From the NCBI GenBank assembly GCA_000175855.1, contig ACYB01000031.1, forward strand, positions 90,001 to 122,000: a DNA stretch of 32,000 nt, read 5' to 3'. The position numbers and the translations under genes were made by a program. The notes beneath the pieces are model-generated. The model was not told the DNA's origin. It saw nothing but the letters and a program-made list of their open reading frames with translations, and did not search any database. The DNA comes from Raphidiopsis brookii D9. GTDB lineage: Bacteria > Cyanobacteriota > Cyanobacteriia > Cyanobacteriales > Nostocaceae. The number at the start of each line of letters is the position of its first letter. Position 1 is the stretch's first letter. This document shows, piece by piece, positions 9,910-19,501 of this stretch.

Positions 9910-11886
9910 TTACTGTTTGAGGCACAATGGTTGGAATTTTTCGGGGAGTTGTTGACAAATCTGGTTCCAGGTGTGGGGTTGAGATTCTCTCCAGGTCCAT
10001 AAATAAATACCTCCACTTCCCAACAATAGAACAAACAAACCAATAAGGAGCTTAACCAAGTGATGAGAAGGTTTATGGGAGTTAGTTTTTCCCGTGGTTG
10101 TAGAACCTTCTAGGGTTAAATTTAAATCCAGCGGATCCGATGAATTTACTGCCAGGGAGTCTATTATATATGCTTGTAGTGGGGGGATTTCACTTTCTGG
10201 TTCCAGCACAGTAATTAATAATTCTTCTGGTTCCAGCACCTCTAATCCATGTTCTGGGGGTGGGGTGACTATTAAGTGAGCTTGGTTACGGAAAAGACTA
10301 ACCACGACTGATATATTATCCTGGCCGTTTTTTTCCTTAGCTAGTTGCACCCATTTGTGTACCGCATCCTCCACAGTGATTTTACCTGTTAACAGAGGAA
10401 TGACCTGGTCTTGCCAAGATTTTTCTACCCAGTCATTATCGCTTAAACCATCTGAACAAAGTAGTAAAACTCCATCCTCCTCTAAAATAAACCTCCTGAT
10501 ATTAAACTCTAGGGATTCTGCTTCCTTGATGCCCAGGGCCTGGGTAAGAGCGTTGGCGTGGGGAGTGATCATGGCTTGACGGTACAAACTTTTGCCAGAA
10601 GAGACTATTTTAGTTGCCATGTCATCATCTATAGTCAACAATTGACAATAGTAGGGAGTAATCCAATAGGCGCGACTATCACCAATACTAGCTAGATAAA
10701 GTTCGTGTCCATTGTCTGACTCCCATCCGGTGTTAGTGGTAACCGGTTGTGGTAATTGTATAGCCATTAGTAGAGTTGTAGCCATACGTTCCCTACCTTG
10801 ACGATTTTGTTCGTCATTACAAGACCAAATCATATTATTGACGACCCGCAGACTAGCTGCTAGTTGTTGTTGCAACAAATCTGGTGTTAAGATCTCCGTT
10901 TGCTCTGCTATATCTTGTAACCAAGCTCGAATTTGTAACTTTGCCGATTGTACAGCCAATTGACTGGCAACCTCCCCACCTTCATGACCACCAACACCGT
11001 CACAAACGATTAAAAGATGTTCTTTTAAATAGTTATCCAAATCAGTGTATTGACTGGGATAGCAAGTGTCCTCATTGTGTTGCATAATTGGGCCTTTATC
11101 TGTAAGGCCAGCAACTGTTACCATGAGAGGTAACTCCCCAGCAGATGCAAGCAATAATTTATTTAGTTGATAAGTAATGCTTTCTAGATTTGCATTTGGT
11201 TGACACATTTCTTGAATAAGCAGACTTAATTTGGGTGCAATTTCAGCCTTGGCAGCTATTACCCATGACTGCCAAGATTGCCCTAAATCTTGTAAAGTAA
11301 ATGTGCTCGTAGTTGAGGGCAATTCCAATAATTTCACACACCAACCTTCCACAAAGATATTCTCAGGTGATAATAAGCTAGCTGCCAACCCCATTTGTGA
11401 TAGTGGTTTCCATAGCTCTAGGATTTGCCATAACCAGTATAATTGTCTCACTGCTTTAGCTTGTTCCCAAGCTATGGTAATAATTGGATAAAGATTACCA
11501 TTAGTATCAATAGGGGCATTTTCGAATAAAATAATCTCATGACTTCTATGATCCTCATTATTATATTCAAAATCAACAATCCCATAAGGTTGAGGTACGT
11601 GTAATCGCTCCCCATATAACTTGAGATAGGGAATTACGGATGGTGGCAATTGGGATGGTGCTTCCGGTGTCTTTCTCGGTTGGGTATCTAGCCAGATCTG
11701 TTCTGTAATTACCTCATATCTATTGGCAACTTTTGTTCCCGAGGATATGTTCACCGCCCCCTTCGCCCATAAATATCGGTACACTAGAGGTGTTTGGCAG
11801 CTTTGACAAATGCGATCTCCCAGATGATTTGTGGGGTTTTCGCAGTGGGGACTAACACAATAAATGATTCGTTCGTTATAATACAT
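9910..11886 (-). CDS. PP2C-type serine/threonine phosphatase with N-terminal Cys4 motif, middle kinase-like region and C-terminal TM helix (upstream start at 11946 less likely)
   Basis: CVSPHCENPTNHLGDRICQSCQTPL (Cys4); PP2C motifs TDKGPIMQHNEDT, LLIVCDGVGGHEGGEVAS, YLASIGDSRAYWI, LLCSDGLSDNDWVE, ENGQDNISVVVV; TM LLIGLFVLLLGSGGIYLW. Confidence 0.92.
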   Translation of the reverse strand: MYYNERIIYCVSPHCENPTNHLGDRICQSCQTPLVYRYLWAKGAVNISSGTKVANRYEVITEQIWLDTQPRKTPEAPSQLPPSVIPYLKLYGERLHVPQPYGIVDFEYNNEDHRSHEIILFENAPIDTNGNLYPIITIAWEQAKAVRQLYWLWQILELWKPLSQMGLAASLLSPENIFVEGWCVKLLELPSTTSTFTLQDLGQSWQSWVIAAKAEIAPKLSLLIQEMCQPNANLESITYQLNKLLLASAGELPLMVTVAGLTDKGPIMQHNEDTCYPSQYTDLDNYLKEHLLIVCDGVGGHEGGEVASQLAVQSAKLQIRAWLQDIAEQTEILTPDLLQQQLAASLRVVNNMIWSCNDEQNRQGRERMATTLLMAIQLPQPVTTNTGWESDNGHELYLASIGDSRAYWITPYYCQLLTIDDDMATKIVSSGKSLYRQAMITPHANALTQALGIKEAESLEFNIRRFILEEDGVLLLCSDGLSDNDWVEKSWQDQVIPLLTGKITVEDAVHKWVQLAKEKNGQDNISVVVSLFRNQAHLIVTPPPEHGLEVLEPEELLITVLEPESEIPPLQAYIIDSLAVNSSDPLDLNLTLEGSTTTGKTNSHKPSHHLVKLLIGLFVLLLGSGGIYLWTWRESQPHTWNQICQQLPEKFQPLCLKQ

Positions 11887-12047
11887 AAAGGTTAAATAAA
11901 GGTGAACTTTGTTAAAAGTTAAACAAAAATCCGTATGAATCAACACAAGTTAACGTAAAGTTCAATTAAGTTTAGATGTCAACAATTGGAGTTGGAGAAT
12001 AAAATGGACTTATCCGTTACCAACTTGTTACTTAATTGAATTAATTC

Positions 12048-12509
12048 ATGAACCTAGTCTCTGTAAACGGACTCATGCAAAATTTTACTGCAATCTGGTT
12101 GTTGCTGGGCATAATTCTGTGTTTTATGGAACTCCTGTTACCAACAGCTTTTGTGCAATTGTTGATGGGAATTAGTGCCCTAGTGGTAGCAGTACTTTCC
12201 CTGTTAGGTTTAGGTAATTTATTCCTGCAAGTGATTGTTTGGCTGACAATTTCTAGTTTTTTAACCATCTTCTCCCGGAGGTTTTTTCCGTTACGGGAAG
12301 CGAAATCAAAAATTCTTACTAGTAAAGTAGGTGAAACCATGACAGAAATTTTACCAGGTAAGGTAGGAAGGGTTCTGTACGAGGGCAATTCTTGGCGAGG
12401 TAGATGTGATGATGATAAACTTACCATACCTGCTGGTCAAAAAGTTTATGTGGTATACAGGGAGGGGACTACTCTAATTGTGATGCCAGAAAACGTTTTA
12501 GATCACTAA
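12048..12509 (+). CDS. NfeD family membrane protein
   Basis: Hydrophobic N-terminus followed by an OB-fold-like domain ([46 protein letters not shown]). Confidence 0.87.
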   Translation: MNLVSVNGLMQNFTAIWLLLGIILCFMELLLPTAFVQLLMGISALVVAVLSLLGLGNLFLQVIVWLTISSFLTIFSRRFFPLREAKSKILTSKVGETMTEILPGKVGRVLYEGNSWRGRCDDDKLTIPAGQKVYVVYREGTTLIVMPENVLDH

Positions 12510-12562
12510 CGGTTAGAACTGGAGAAATTAATCTATATAGTATTTTAACGGAGGTTAGAAGA

Positions 12563-13537
12563 ATGGAGCAGTTTTTACTATTACTGGGATTAATTTTTGG
12601 TGGTGGTGCTATGATGAAGTGTGTTAGAGTGATAAACCAAGGTGATGAGGCATTAGTAGAAACACTGGGGAGTTATAAAAGGAAATTGGAGCCTGGACTA
12701 AACTTGATTAATCCTCTGTTAGATAACATAGTTTATAAGCAAACCATTCGAGAGAAAGTTTTAGATATTCCTCCTCAGCAGTGTATTACCCGTGATAATG
12801 TGTCTATTACTGTTGATGCTGTGGTGTATTGGCGAATAGTTGATATGGAGAAAGCCTATTATAAGGTAGAAAACCTACAGTCAGCTATGGTGAATCTGGT
12901 ACTGACTCAAATTCGGGCTGAAATGGGACAGTTAGAATTAGATCAGACCTTTACAGCAAGAACTCAAATTAACGAGATTCTGTTGCGGGATTTAGATATT
13001 GCTACTGACCCTTGGGGGGTAAAGGTAACAAGAGTGGAATTAAGGGATATTATCCCATCCAAGGCTGTGCAAGAATCCATGGAATTACAAATGTCCGCTG
13101 AAAGAAAGAAACGAGCAGCCATTTTGACATCGGAGGGAGACCGAGAATCAGCAGTTAACAGTGCTAGGGGTAAAGCAGATGCCCAAATATTAGATGCGGA
13201 AGCACGACAAAAGTCCATAATATTGCAGGCAGAAGCAGAACAAAAGGCGATTGTTTTAAGAGCGCAAGCGGAAAGACAGCAACAAGTGTTAAAGGCACAG
13301 GCGATTGCAGAATCAGCTGAGATTATTGCCCAGAGAATGCAAGCTAATCCAGAAGCACATAAAGCTTTAGAGGTTTTATTCGCCTTGGGTTATTTGGATA
13401 TGGGGGTGAGCATTGGTAAAAGCAATAGCAGTAAGGTGATGTTTATGGATCCCCGAACTATTCCCGCCACTTTGGAGGGGATTCGGTCAATTGTTGGTGA
13501 TGTAAACAATGTAGGAGATTCCAACAAGTTAACTTAA
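12563..13537 (+). CDS. SPFH domain / Band 7 (stomatin/paraslipin) protein
   Basis: [31 protein letters not shown]...[43 protein letters not shown]...[26 protein letters not shown]. Confidence 0.95.
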   Translation: MEQFLLLLGLIFGGGAMMKCVRVINQGDEALVETLGSYKRKLEPGLNLINPLLDNIVYKQTIREKVLDIPPQQCITRDNVSITVDAVVYWRIVDMEKAYYKVENLQSAMVNLVLTQIRAEMGQLELDQTFTARTQINEILLRDLDIATDPWGVKVTRVELRDIIPSKAVQESMELQMSAERKKRAAILTSEGDRESAVNSARGKADAQILDAEARQKSIILQAEAEQKAIVLRAQAERQQQVLKAQAIAESAEIIAQRMQANPEAHKALEVLFALGYLDMGVSIGKSNSSKVMFMDPRTIPATLEGIRSIVGDVNNVGDSNKLT

Positions 13538-13569
13538 TTTATGAACTGCTGTTTGTTGTTTTCTACAGT

Positions 13570-13953
13570 CTACATTTCTTGACACTTATTACACAAACCA
13601 AAAAATTCTAATGTGTGATAAAAAACCCTAAAGTTATGACTGACTTGTAATTCGTTTTCTAGGTCGTGTACTGGACATTGATGAATGGAGATAGAAGCAC
13701 CACATTGTAGGCAGGTCAGATGATGCTTGTCTTGTTGGGTCAAACTGTAAAGCGACTCACCATTAGGCAAGGTTCTGACTTGCACTTTCCCCTCTAGTTT
13801 TAGGGATTCCAAAGAGCGGTAGACTGTGGCTAAACCCATACTTTGATTGCGATTACGTAATTCTACGTACATATCCTGGGCTGAAATACCTTGTTTAATG
13901 TTTCCCAATAGGTTTAATATGCGATCTTGACTGCGGGTACGGATGGCTTTCAT
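13570..13953 (-). CDS. zur: Fur family transcriptional regulator, Zur/FurB-like
   Basis: GISAQDMYVELRNRNQSMGLATVYRSLESLKLEGKVQVRTLPNGESLYSL... HHLTCLQCGASISIHQCPVHDLE; two CxxC motifs. Confidence 0.82.
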   Translation of the reverse strand: MKAIRTRSQDRILNLLGNIKQGISAQDMYVELRNRNQSMGLATVYRSLESLKLEGKVQVRTLPNGESLYSLTQQDKHHLTCLQCGASISIHQCPVHDLENELQVSHNFRVFYHTLEFFGLCNKCQEM

Positions 13954-14010
13954 AGTAGTTGTAGACCTTAGGATTAAAATTATTGCCTATTTATTCATAT
14001 ATTAGCGTAT

Positions 14011-14027
14011 CCTCCCGCACAGGGAGG
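14011..14027. other. Perfect 6-bp GC-rich hairpin CCTCCC-gcaca-GGGAGG
   Basis: Direct inverted repeat in the divergent zur/purS intergenic region. Confidence 0.6.
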
Positions 14028-14146
14028 GTTATAAACCAAAGCGGATTCGTTAAGCTGGAACTAAATTTCACCTTGTATTTTATTGATATATAATCTAAAC
14101 GGTATAGGATAACGATTAAACCATTACACCATTTAGCTAAATTTTA

Positions 14147-14425
14147 ATGCAAAGGAAGTATATCGCCAAAATTTTCGTTACCCTTCGTCCTTCAGTTCTC
14201 GATCCTGCTGGGGTAGCTGTACAATCTGGGCTTAGACAGTTGGGATATGATAATGTGGAGCAAGTGCGTATTGGTAAGTATATAGAGCTTACTCTAGTTT
14301 GCCAAAATGAGGCTAAAGCTCGTACTAGCTTAAATCAGATGTGCGAGCAAATGTTAGCGAATACAGTTATAGAAAACTATCGCTTTGACTTAATTGAAGT
14401 GGAATCCCAAACCGGTGTTTTCTAA
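14147..14425 (+). CDS. purS: Phosphoribosylformylglycinamidine synthase subunit PurS
   Basis: KYIAKIFVTLRPSVLDPAGVAVQSGLRQLGYDNVEQVRIGKYIELTL...MCEQMLANTVIENYRFDLI. Confidence 0.95.
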   Translation: MQRKYIAKIFVTLRPSVLDPAGVAVQSGLRQLGYDNVEQVRIGKYIELTLVCQNEAKARTSLNQMCEQMLANTVIENYRFDLIEVESQTGVF

Positions 14426-14508
14426 TTAGTGGATTAATGTAGCAAACTTTCACTAAATTTCTTATTACCCCTTGACACTTATTCCTGATTAATTATATAA
14501 TCAGGTTC

Positions 14509-15264
14509 CTACTTCATACTGAAGGTAATGGACACCACCGCCGTGATGTCTTTATCAATGGAGGATGTATCGTAAAGCCCGGAATCACTCACATCCGTAG
14601 AGTTTCGAGCAGTGATTTGAAATACTCCTGTCTGCGCGCTCCTCACGGAACCTACCTGACCACCAGCACTATCAGCAATGGCTTTGGCCCTAGCTTGCGC
14701 ATCTTTGGTAGCTTCAGCTACCATTTCTACCCGCAATTTACTTAATTGTGTATAGAGGTATTCTGGTGGTTGTACGGTGAGATTAATTCCCTCGTTAATT
14801 AACTCTGTAGACTTTTGAGATAGTTGACTGTATTTATCCACATCCTGAGAGCGGATTTGTAGGTTTTGAGTTAACTTATGGGCTAGGATCCGACCTGTTT
14901 CTCTACCATTTTCGGCAATTTCCGGAATTATCATCGTTTCCACGGGATTGCTGGTAATTGCTGCATCGGGGACACCGTTTTCTTTGAGATATGCTTGGAC
15001 TCTTACGGTTTGATTTTTGAGGTCTTTAAATGCTTCCTCTATGGTTGGTTTCTGACTAGCTAGGGATAATCTTAAAACAATATAATCGGAGCGAATTGGG
15101 CGCTTGGCCGAACCAGTCACAATTAACACGTCGTTAGCTTTTTTAAAATCTAGAATTGCTCTGGAACCAATCCAAGTGCTGATGACCAAAGATAAAGAAA
15201 TTAGGCTAAGTCCAGCTAGCAGCTGAGGAAAACTTTTGGCAGTGGTAGTTTCTGACTGTGTCAC
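14509..15264 (-). CDS. SIMPL domain-containing protein (DUF541)
   Basis: N-terminal TM, ITSNPVETMIIPEIAENGRETGRILAHKLTQNLQIRSQDVDKY...ATKDAQARAKAIADSAGGQVGSVRSAQTGVFQI. Confidence 0.88.
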   Translation of the reverse strand: MTQSETTTAKSFPQLLAGLSLISLSLVISTWIGSRAILDFKKANDVLIVTGSAKRPIRSDYIVLRLSLASQKPTIEEAFKDLKNQTVRVQAYLKENGVPDAAITSNPVETMIIPEIAENGRETGRILAHKLTQNLQIRSQDVDKYSQLSQKSTELINEGINLTVQPPEYLYTQLSKLRVEMVAEATKDAQARAKAIADSAGGQVGSVRSAQTGVFQITARNSTDVSDSGLYDTSSIDKDITAVVSITFSMK

Positions 15265-15329
15265 AGGTTTTCACTCTACTTTAACTATTGATGACCATTG
15301 AGAAAAACCATTAAAAAAAGATTTATCAT

Positions 15330-15743
15330 TCAGTTACACAACAGGCGATCGCGGATAGATGTTAAATGGTCTTGGGAGTTAACTGGACATCTAGGTGCTG
15401 GTAAATCACTATTGGGCCAGGTGAGCATGTAGTAACAGGGACAGGAGTTTGATGGCAGTCCTGTGGTTTTAATGGGGACTGGCATTGCACAGCGTCCACA
15501 GGGTAAGATTTCCCAGCTAGGTGTTAACAATTGGGCTATGGTTTCTTGGGTTCCCTCTAAATAACAATCGCGGGTTTCTAAGGATAGAATTTTTTGCCAA
15601 CAGTTTTCAAACTCTTGACTATAGCGATCGCCATTTAAGACGGTACTTGGTAAGAAGCTATGATGGTTTTGACCAACTATAACCTTTTTACCTAATTGAA
15701 ACCAGTGAGCCAGGTATTTTTTGACTTCTTGTTTGTTTGCCAT
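15330..15743 (-). CDS. Hypothetical cyanobacterial protein, upstream start at 15785 also possible
   Basis: Coherent ORF (MANKQEVKKYLAHWFQLGKKVIV...LLTPSWEILPCGRCAMPVPIK) co-directional with and immediately downstream of cobU. Confidence 0.7.
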   Translation of the reverse strand: MANKQEVKKYLAHWFQLGKKVIVGQNHHSFLPSTVLNGDRYSQEFENCWQKILSLETRDCYLEGTQETIAQLLTPSWEILPCGRCAMPVPIKTTGLPSNSCPCYYMLTWPNSDLPAPRCPVNSQDHLTSIRDRLLCN

Positions 15744-15799
15744 AATTCCCATTTTAATCACTAATTCCCTAATTGAACCTGTCAATGTTGAATTCCTTC

Positions 15800-16348
15800 T
15801 TAAGATTTCACCGGTGGTAAAGGAACACCCAAAATACTCAAATTCAAAACATAACCCCCAGTCACCAGGTAGACCGTGTGAGAAATTCTGCCCAACTGAC
15901 GTACCAACCCACCCAACCGATCCCGAAATTTACGCCCTGCGGGGTAAGCTGGAATCACACCCCAACCGGTTTCTTCTGCTACAAATAGCAAATCCCCATC
16001 TATCAAAGGTAGGTCTGCTAAAAATTCCTCCAGAGTTTTTTCCCAAATGAGATCATCTTGCTCTAAACAATTGGCCACCCAGGTGCCCAAAGAATCAATT
16101 AAAATACAGGTGTCAGCTGTTTGGTTCTTTAAACTCCCTGTCAGCTCCCTGGGAACACACATAGTTATCCAGGTTTCCGGACGTCGTTGCTGATGTTTTT
16201 CAATGCGTTGTTGCCATTCCAGATCATGGGGATTCTCATTAGCGGTGGCTATATAAACCACCTTCTTCCCCGACTCGAGGGCTAAATTTTCTGCCCATTC
16301 GCTTTTTCCTGAACGTGCTGGACCAGTGACTAAGATAATTTTTCCCAT
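15800..16348 (-). CDS. cobU: Bifunctional adenosylcobinamide kinase / adenosylcobinamide-phosphate guanylyltransferase
   Basis: IILVTGPARSGKSEWAENLA P-loop; RRPETWITMCVPREL; CILIDSLGTWVANCL; VAEETGWGVIPAYPAGRKFRDRLGGLVRQL. Confidence 0.94.
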   Translation of the reverse strand: MGKIILVTGPARSGKSEWAENLALESGKKVVYIATANENPHDLEWQQRIEKHQQRRPETWITMCVPRELTGSLKNQTADTCILIDSLGTWVANCLEQDDLIWEKTLEEFLADLPLIDGDLLFVAEETGWGVIPAYPAGRKFRDRLGGLVRQLGRISHTVYLVTGGYVLNLSILGVPLPPVKS

Positions 16349-16458
16349 ATTTATTAAGTGTTGAATTATAAGTATTGATTGACTGTTAATTGGCTTTATG
16401 ATAAATACTAATTAGCAACAGTTAACAAAACCACCATCCAAAGCTTTAGAATCTCTTT

Positions 16459-17232
16459 ATGAAAGCAGGCTTAAAACGGATTGAGGCAACTTTACATGAT
16501 TTAGGGATTCGTAATCCTGACTCACCATCAGCAAAATCCCCAGCTAAAAAACGACCTTTCTCATTTAGGGTTAGCCTGGGTAGCGACACTACCCAGCCAA
16601 ACAACACCGGTCAAGAAACTGTTGATATAAACAGCAATAAAAAAATCAACTCCCAACCTCAAGAGCACATATTATCTTCAGTCCCAACCTTCCCTACCCA
16701 AGATATTGACAGCAAAACCCCAGACTTACCTAAATTCAAAACCCCTAAGTTTAGTAATCATAGACACAGCGCCAATCCTGGTTTTACAATCGGTCTTTTG
16801 CAAGAGATCCAACAAACCGTGGTAGCTTGGCAGGGTGAGTTAGAAATAATTCTCCAGCAAATTCAAAATATTTACTTAGAAGGTCAGGTGATTAATGGTT
16901 GGCTAGAGTCCAATACCCAACCACAGGAAACGGAAGGAACTGCAACCCTGCGTCATGGGGAAATTGAAGCTATTTTGGACTATGTACAGCAAATTTGTCA
17001 GTCAGAAGTGAAAGTCGACCGATCATCTCGCACGGACTATCGTCTTTGTGGTGTGGATGCTAATGGTCAACTTTGGTCACGTCCTTGTTCTGTAGAAGAA
17101 GTTCCTAGTCTTAGCATAGCTATAGCACGCTACCAAAAGTTACGCCAACTCCTGGGACGTAAACACTATTTGGAGAGTCGATTGACTAAGTTATCTGAAA
17201 CACTGGTTGATTTGCAGGGTGGTTTAAAATAG
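16459..17232 (+). CDS. Conserved-looking hypothetical protein, low-complexity N-terminal half
   Basis: 257-aa ORF with coherent composition (LLQEIQQTVVAWQGELEIILQQIQNIYLEGQVINGWLES...DYRLCGVDANGQLWSRPCSVEEVPSLSIAIARYQKLRQLL). Confidence 0.75.
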   Translation: MKAGLKRIEATLHDLGIRNPDSPSAKSPAKKRPFSFRVSLGSDTTQPNNTGQETVDINSNKKINSQPQEHILSSVPTFPTQDIDSKTPDLPKFKTPKFSNHRHSANPGFTIGLLQEIQQTVVAWQGELEIILQQIQNIYLEGQVINGWLESNTQPQETEGTATLRHGEIEAILDYVQQICQSEVKVDRSSRTDYRLCGVDANGQLWSRPCSVEEVPSLSIAIARYQKLRQLLGRKHYLESRLTKLSETLVDLQGGLK

Positions 17233-17241
17233 ATGTTGAAT

Positions 17242-18651
17242 CTAAAATCCTAAGAACAGAGATATTTTTTCCCACCAGGAAGTATGGAAATCACCCACAG
17301 ACAACCTCATTTTTTGACGGATGTCATCGATTTTCCAATTGGTTAATCTGGCTAAATTCTGCGCTTCTTGTTCAAACCTGCGGGGTAGGGAGTCCTTATA
17401 TCTTTTCCCTGCAGAACATTCCAATTTGCCATTAAAGGGATGAGTTAAAACATAACGACCTTGAAATAACTCTTGGTTAGAAGTGGTTTGAAATATCAAA
17501 TCCTCTGGGAATTTATCCCTCGTATAGCGAACATGTAACCGGGTAATATAAGCATTAGTTTCTGAGAAAGCAAAACCAAAATTGGGTGCGATACGATTGT
17601 AATTATTACCTCTTTCATCTAACCAAAACACTCCCGCTTGTTTCAGTTCTTCTAAATTGAGAGGTTCAGCAGAACAAGGATCGCAATTACCCATGTCCCA
17701 CCCATATTCTAAAAAGGCTACTTTCCTGTCTTCTTGCAGGTAAGAATTTTGGAACATGGCTTTGTAAAAACTACCAAATTCATCTTTAATGAAAAGGGGA
17801 ATATTAGTATCGGAAGGAATTTTGACTGTGCGGTAGTTAGTAACCTCTGCTTGTCCTCTTGGGGAGATAATATAAACAATTAGGTCTTGTTCGGTAGTAG
17901 CATTAATCATTCCCAATCGAATGGGCAAAATGAACTTGGAGGACTCGTATGCAATTTGTAAAGGACGCAAAAACTGATAACCAGATTGCTCAAACTTGTC
18001 CAAGTTGACCTTAGCTACAAAGAATTTCATCCCGGAGCGAACATAGGGTTGCAGTAGCCGATTTGCACCCCTAGGGATTTTGTAACCATTCAGATTTAAC
18101 CAAGTTTCTAATCCATCTGACTCTTTTGCGCTGAGAATCACAATATCATATTCGCCCACGTTAAATTGGGCTTCAATAGTTACCCCCAATGTGTTATCCC
18201 CTGGTATTTTCTCTACTGCGCTAGGTCGTCTTGTCCCTGTCTCTGGTATAACACCCGGTGAATCGTAATACCTTCTCCTGCAAGGATCTTGATCAAAATA
18301 CTCCACTAATCGAGGAGCAGTAAAAGCATCCAACCGCTGAATGATTTTCGGATCAGGTACACGTACTTGATGTTCTTGAATAATTGTGGGTACAGGAACA
18401 ACTACTGCAAAATCTTTTATATCACTCTGAAAATCATTGGCCATTGTTAACACGGTTTTTGTGCCGTCCCTAGCTATAATTACTTGGGAAGCTTGATTGT
18501 ATAATCTGGTATCAGCTTTGGCAACGTAAAACCCACAAAACGCCCAAGCTGTGGGAGCAAAAGAAATTAAGACCAAAATTGCCATTAATGGCACAAACAA
18601 TATCAGTCTTGAGGGGTATCTGAGCAAAAAGTTGAAATAGGTCTTGTTCAT
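17242..18651 (-). CDS. DUF2330 domain-containing protein (secreted/membrane associated)
   Basis: AFCGFYVAKADTRLYNQASQVIIARDGTKTVLTMANDFQSDIKDFAVVVPVPTI...FPIRLGMINATTEQDLIVYIISPRGQAE; N-terminal signal/TM. Confidence 0.88.
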   Translation of the reverse strand: MNKTYFNFLLRYPSRLILFVPLMAILVLISFAPTAWAFCGFYVAKADTRLYNQASQVIIARDGTKTVLTMANDFQSDIKDFAVVVPVPTIIQEHQVRVPDPKIIQRLDAFTAPRLVEYFDQDPCRRRYYDSPGVIPETGTRRPSAVEKIPGDNTLGVTIEAQFNVGEYDIVILSAKESDGLETWLNLNGYKIPRGANRLLQPYVRSGMKFFVAKVNLDKFEQSGYQFLRPLQIAYESSKFILPIRLGMINATTEQDLIVYIISPRGQAEVTNYRTVKIPSDTNIPLFIKDEFGSFYKAMFQNSYLQEDRKVAFLEYGWDMGNCDPCSAEPLNLEELKQAGVFWLDERGNNYNRIAPNFGFAFSETNAYITRLHVRYTRDKFPEDLIFQTTSNQELFQGRYVLTHPFNGKLECSAGKRYKDSLPRRFEQEAQNLARLTNWKIDDIRQKMRLSVGDFHTSWWEKISLFLGF

Positions 18652-18697
18652 ATTTTTGGTAGTTGCTAATTAGATATGTTTTGATATGTTATACCTT

Positions 18698-19495
18698 CTA
18701 TTTTTTATCCCCAATACCTGACCAAGAGAACTGAGGATTAAACCAGATCACATCAACGACCATGGTTAGGGGCGCTAGACTAAACAAAGCCCAAAAGACT
18801 GCTGTAGGAAGGTAAAAATAATTACGCAAAATGAAAGTCACCAAGGCAATCAATCCAGACCAAAGGACGCGTCCAGCAGTAGCATCAGGTATAGAGCGAG
18901 GATCGGTGACCATGAACAAAGCAAATAGCAATAAAGATCCACTGGTCAACCGATGTAAATAAACATCCCAGGTCCAACCTAACCAAAGATTACGAAGAGC
19001 TTCCAAGAGAGAATATACACCCAAAAAAGCTGCTGTTGTATCCCAACGACCAACCTTGTTTAAAATCATACTTCCACCTCCCACAAACAACAGACCATAC
19101 CACCACTCTTCCCCCCACTGACCAGGAGATACCCACGCATCAGAGGTGAGAGATAGGGCAGTAACAATACCGAAATTAGCGGGATTAAAGAAGTGTTTGT
19201 CACGGACTTGAAAAACAAATTTGCTACCTATTGCTGTTGTAGCAGCTAAAACTATTGTTGTCCACTGGTCAGATCTCAGCAATAAACTAATTCCCAGGGA
19301 GGTAATTAGGGGACTGCGGATGTTGATCTTTGTTGTTGGTAAAATGATGGAGGATAATATCCATTGGGTCAATAAGCAAGTGACTAGAGAAACTAAAATG
19401 AATTGTGGATGGAAGGTCCAATCCCTGGTACTAATTCCTAAAATTAGGAATAGACCGAGAAACAGAATTTGGTAGTCTCGAACATCTTGCAGCAT
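18698..19495 (-). CDS. RnfD/NqrB-like membrane protein (RnfABCDGE subunit D-like)
   Basis: FQVRDKHFFNPANFGIVTALSLTSDAWVSPGQWG...LHRLTSGSLLLFALFMVTDPRSIPDATAGRVLW: RnfD/NqrB motifs. Confidence 0.85.
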   Translation of the reverse strand: MLQDVRDYQILFLGLFLILGISTRDWTFHPQFILVSLVTCLLTQWILSSIILPTTKINIRSPLITSLGISLLLRSDQWTTIVLAATTAIGSKFVFQVRDKHFFNPANFGIVTALSLTSDAWVSPGQWGEEWWYGLLFVGGGSMILNKVGRWDTTAAFLGVYSLLEALRNLWLGWTWDVYLHRLTSGSLLLFALFMVTDPRSIPDATAGRVLWSGLIALVTFILRNYFYLPTAVFWALFSLAPLTMVVDVIWFNPQFSWSGIGDKK

Positions 19496-19501
19496 GGTGA
19501 T

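Noticed and set aside
12964-13218. 84-aa minus-strand ORF
   Set aside because: Antisense shadow of the SPFH gene's Ala/Gln-rich region.
13570-13953. Zur box (TGATAATnATTATCA-like) near the zur-like gene
   Set aside because: I found no convincing match in the intergenic region by eye.
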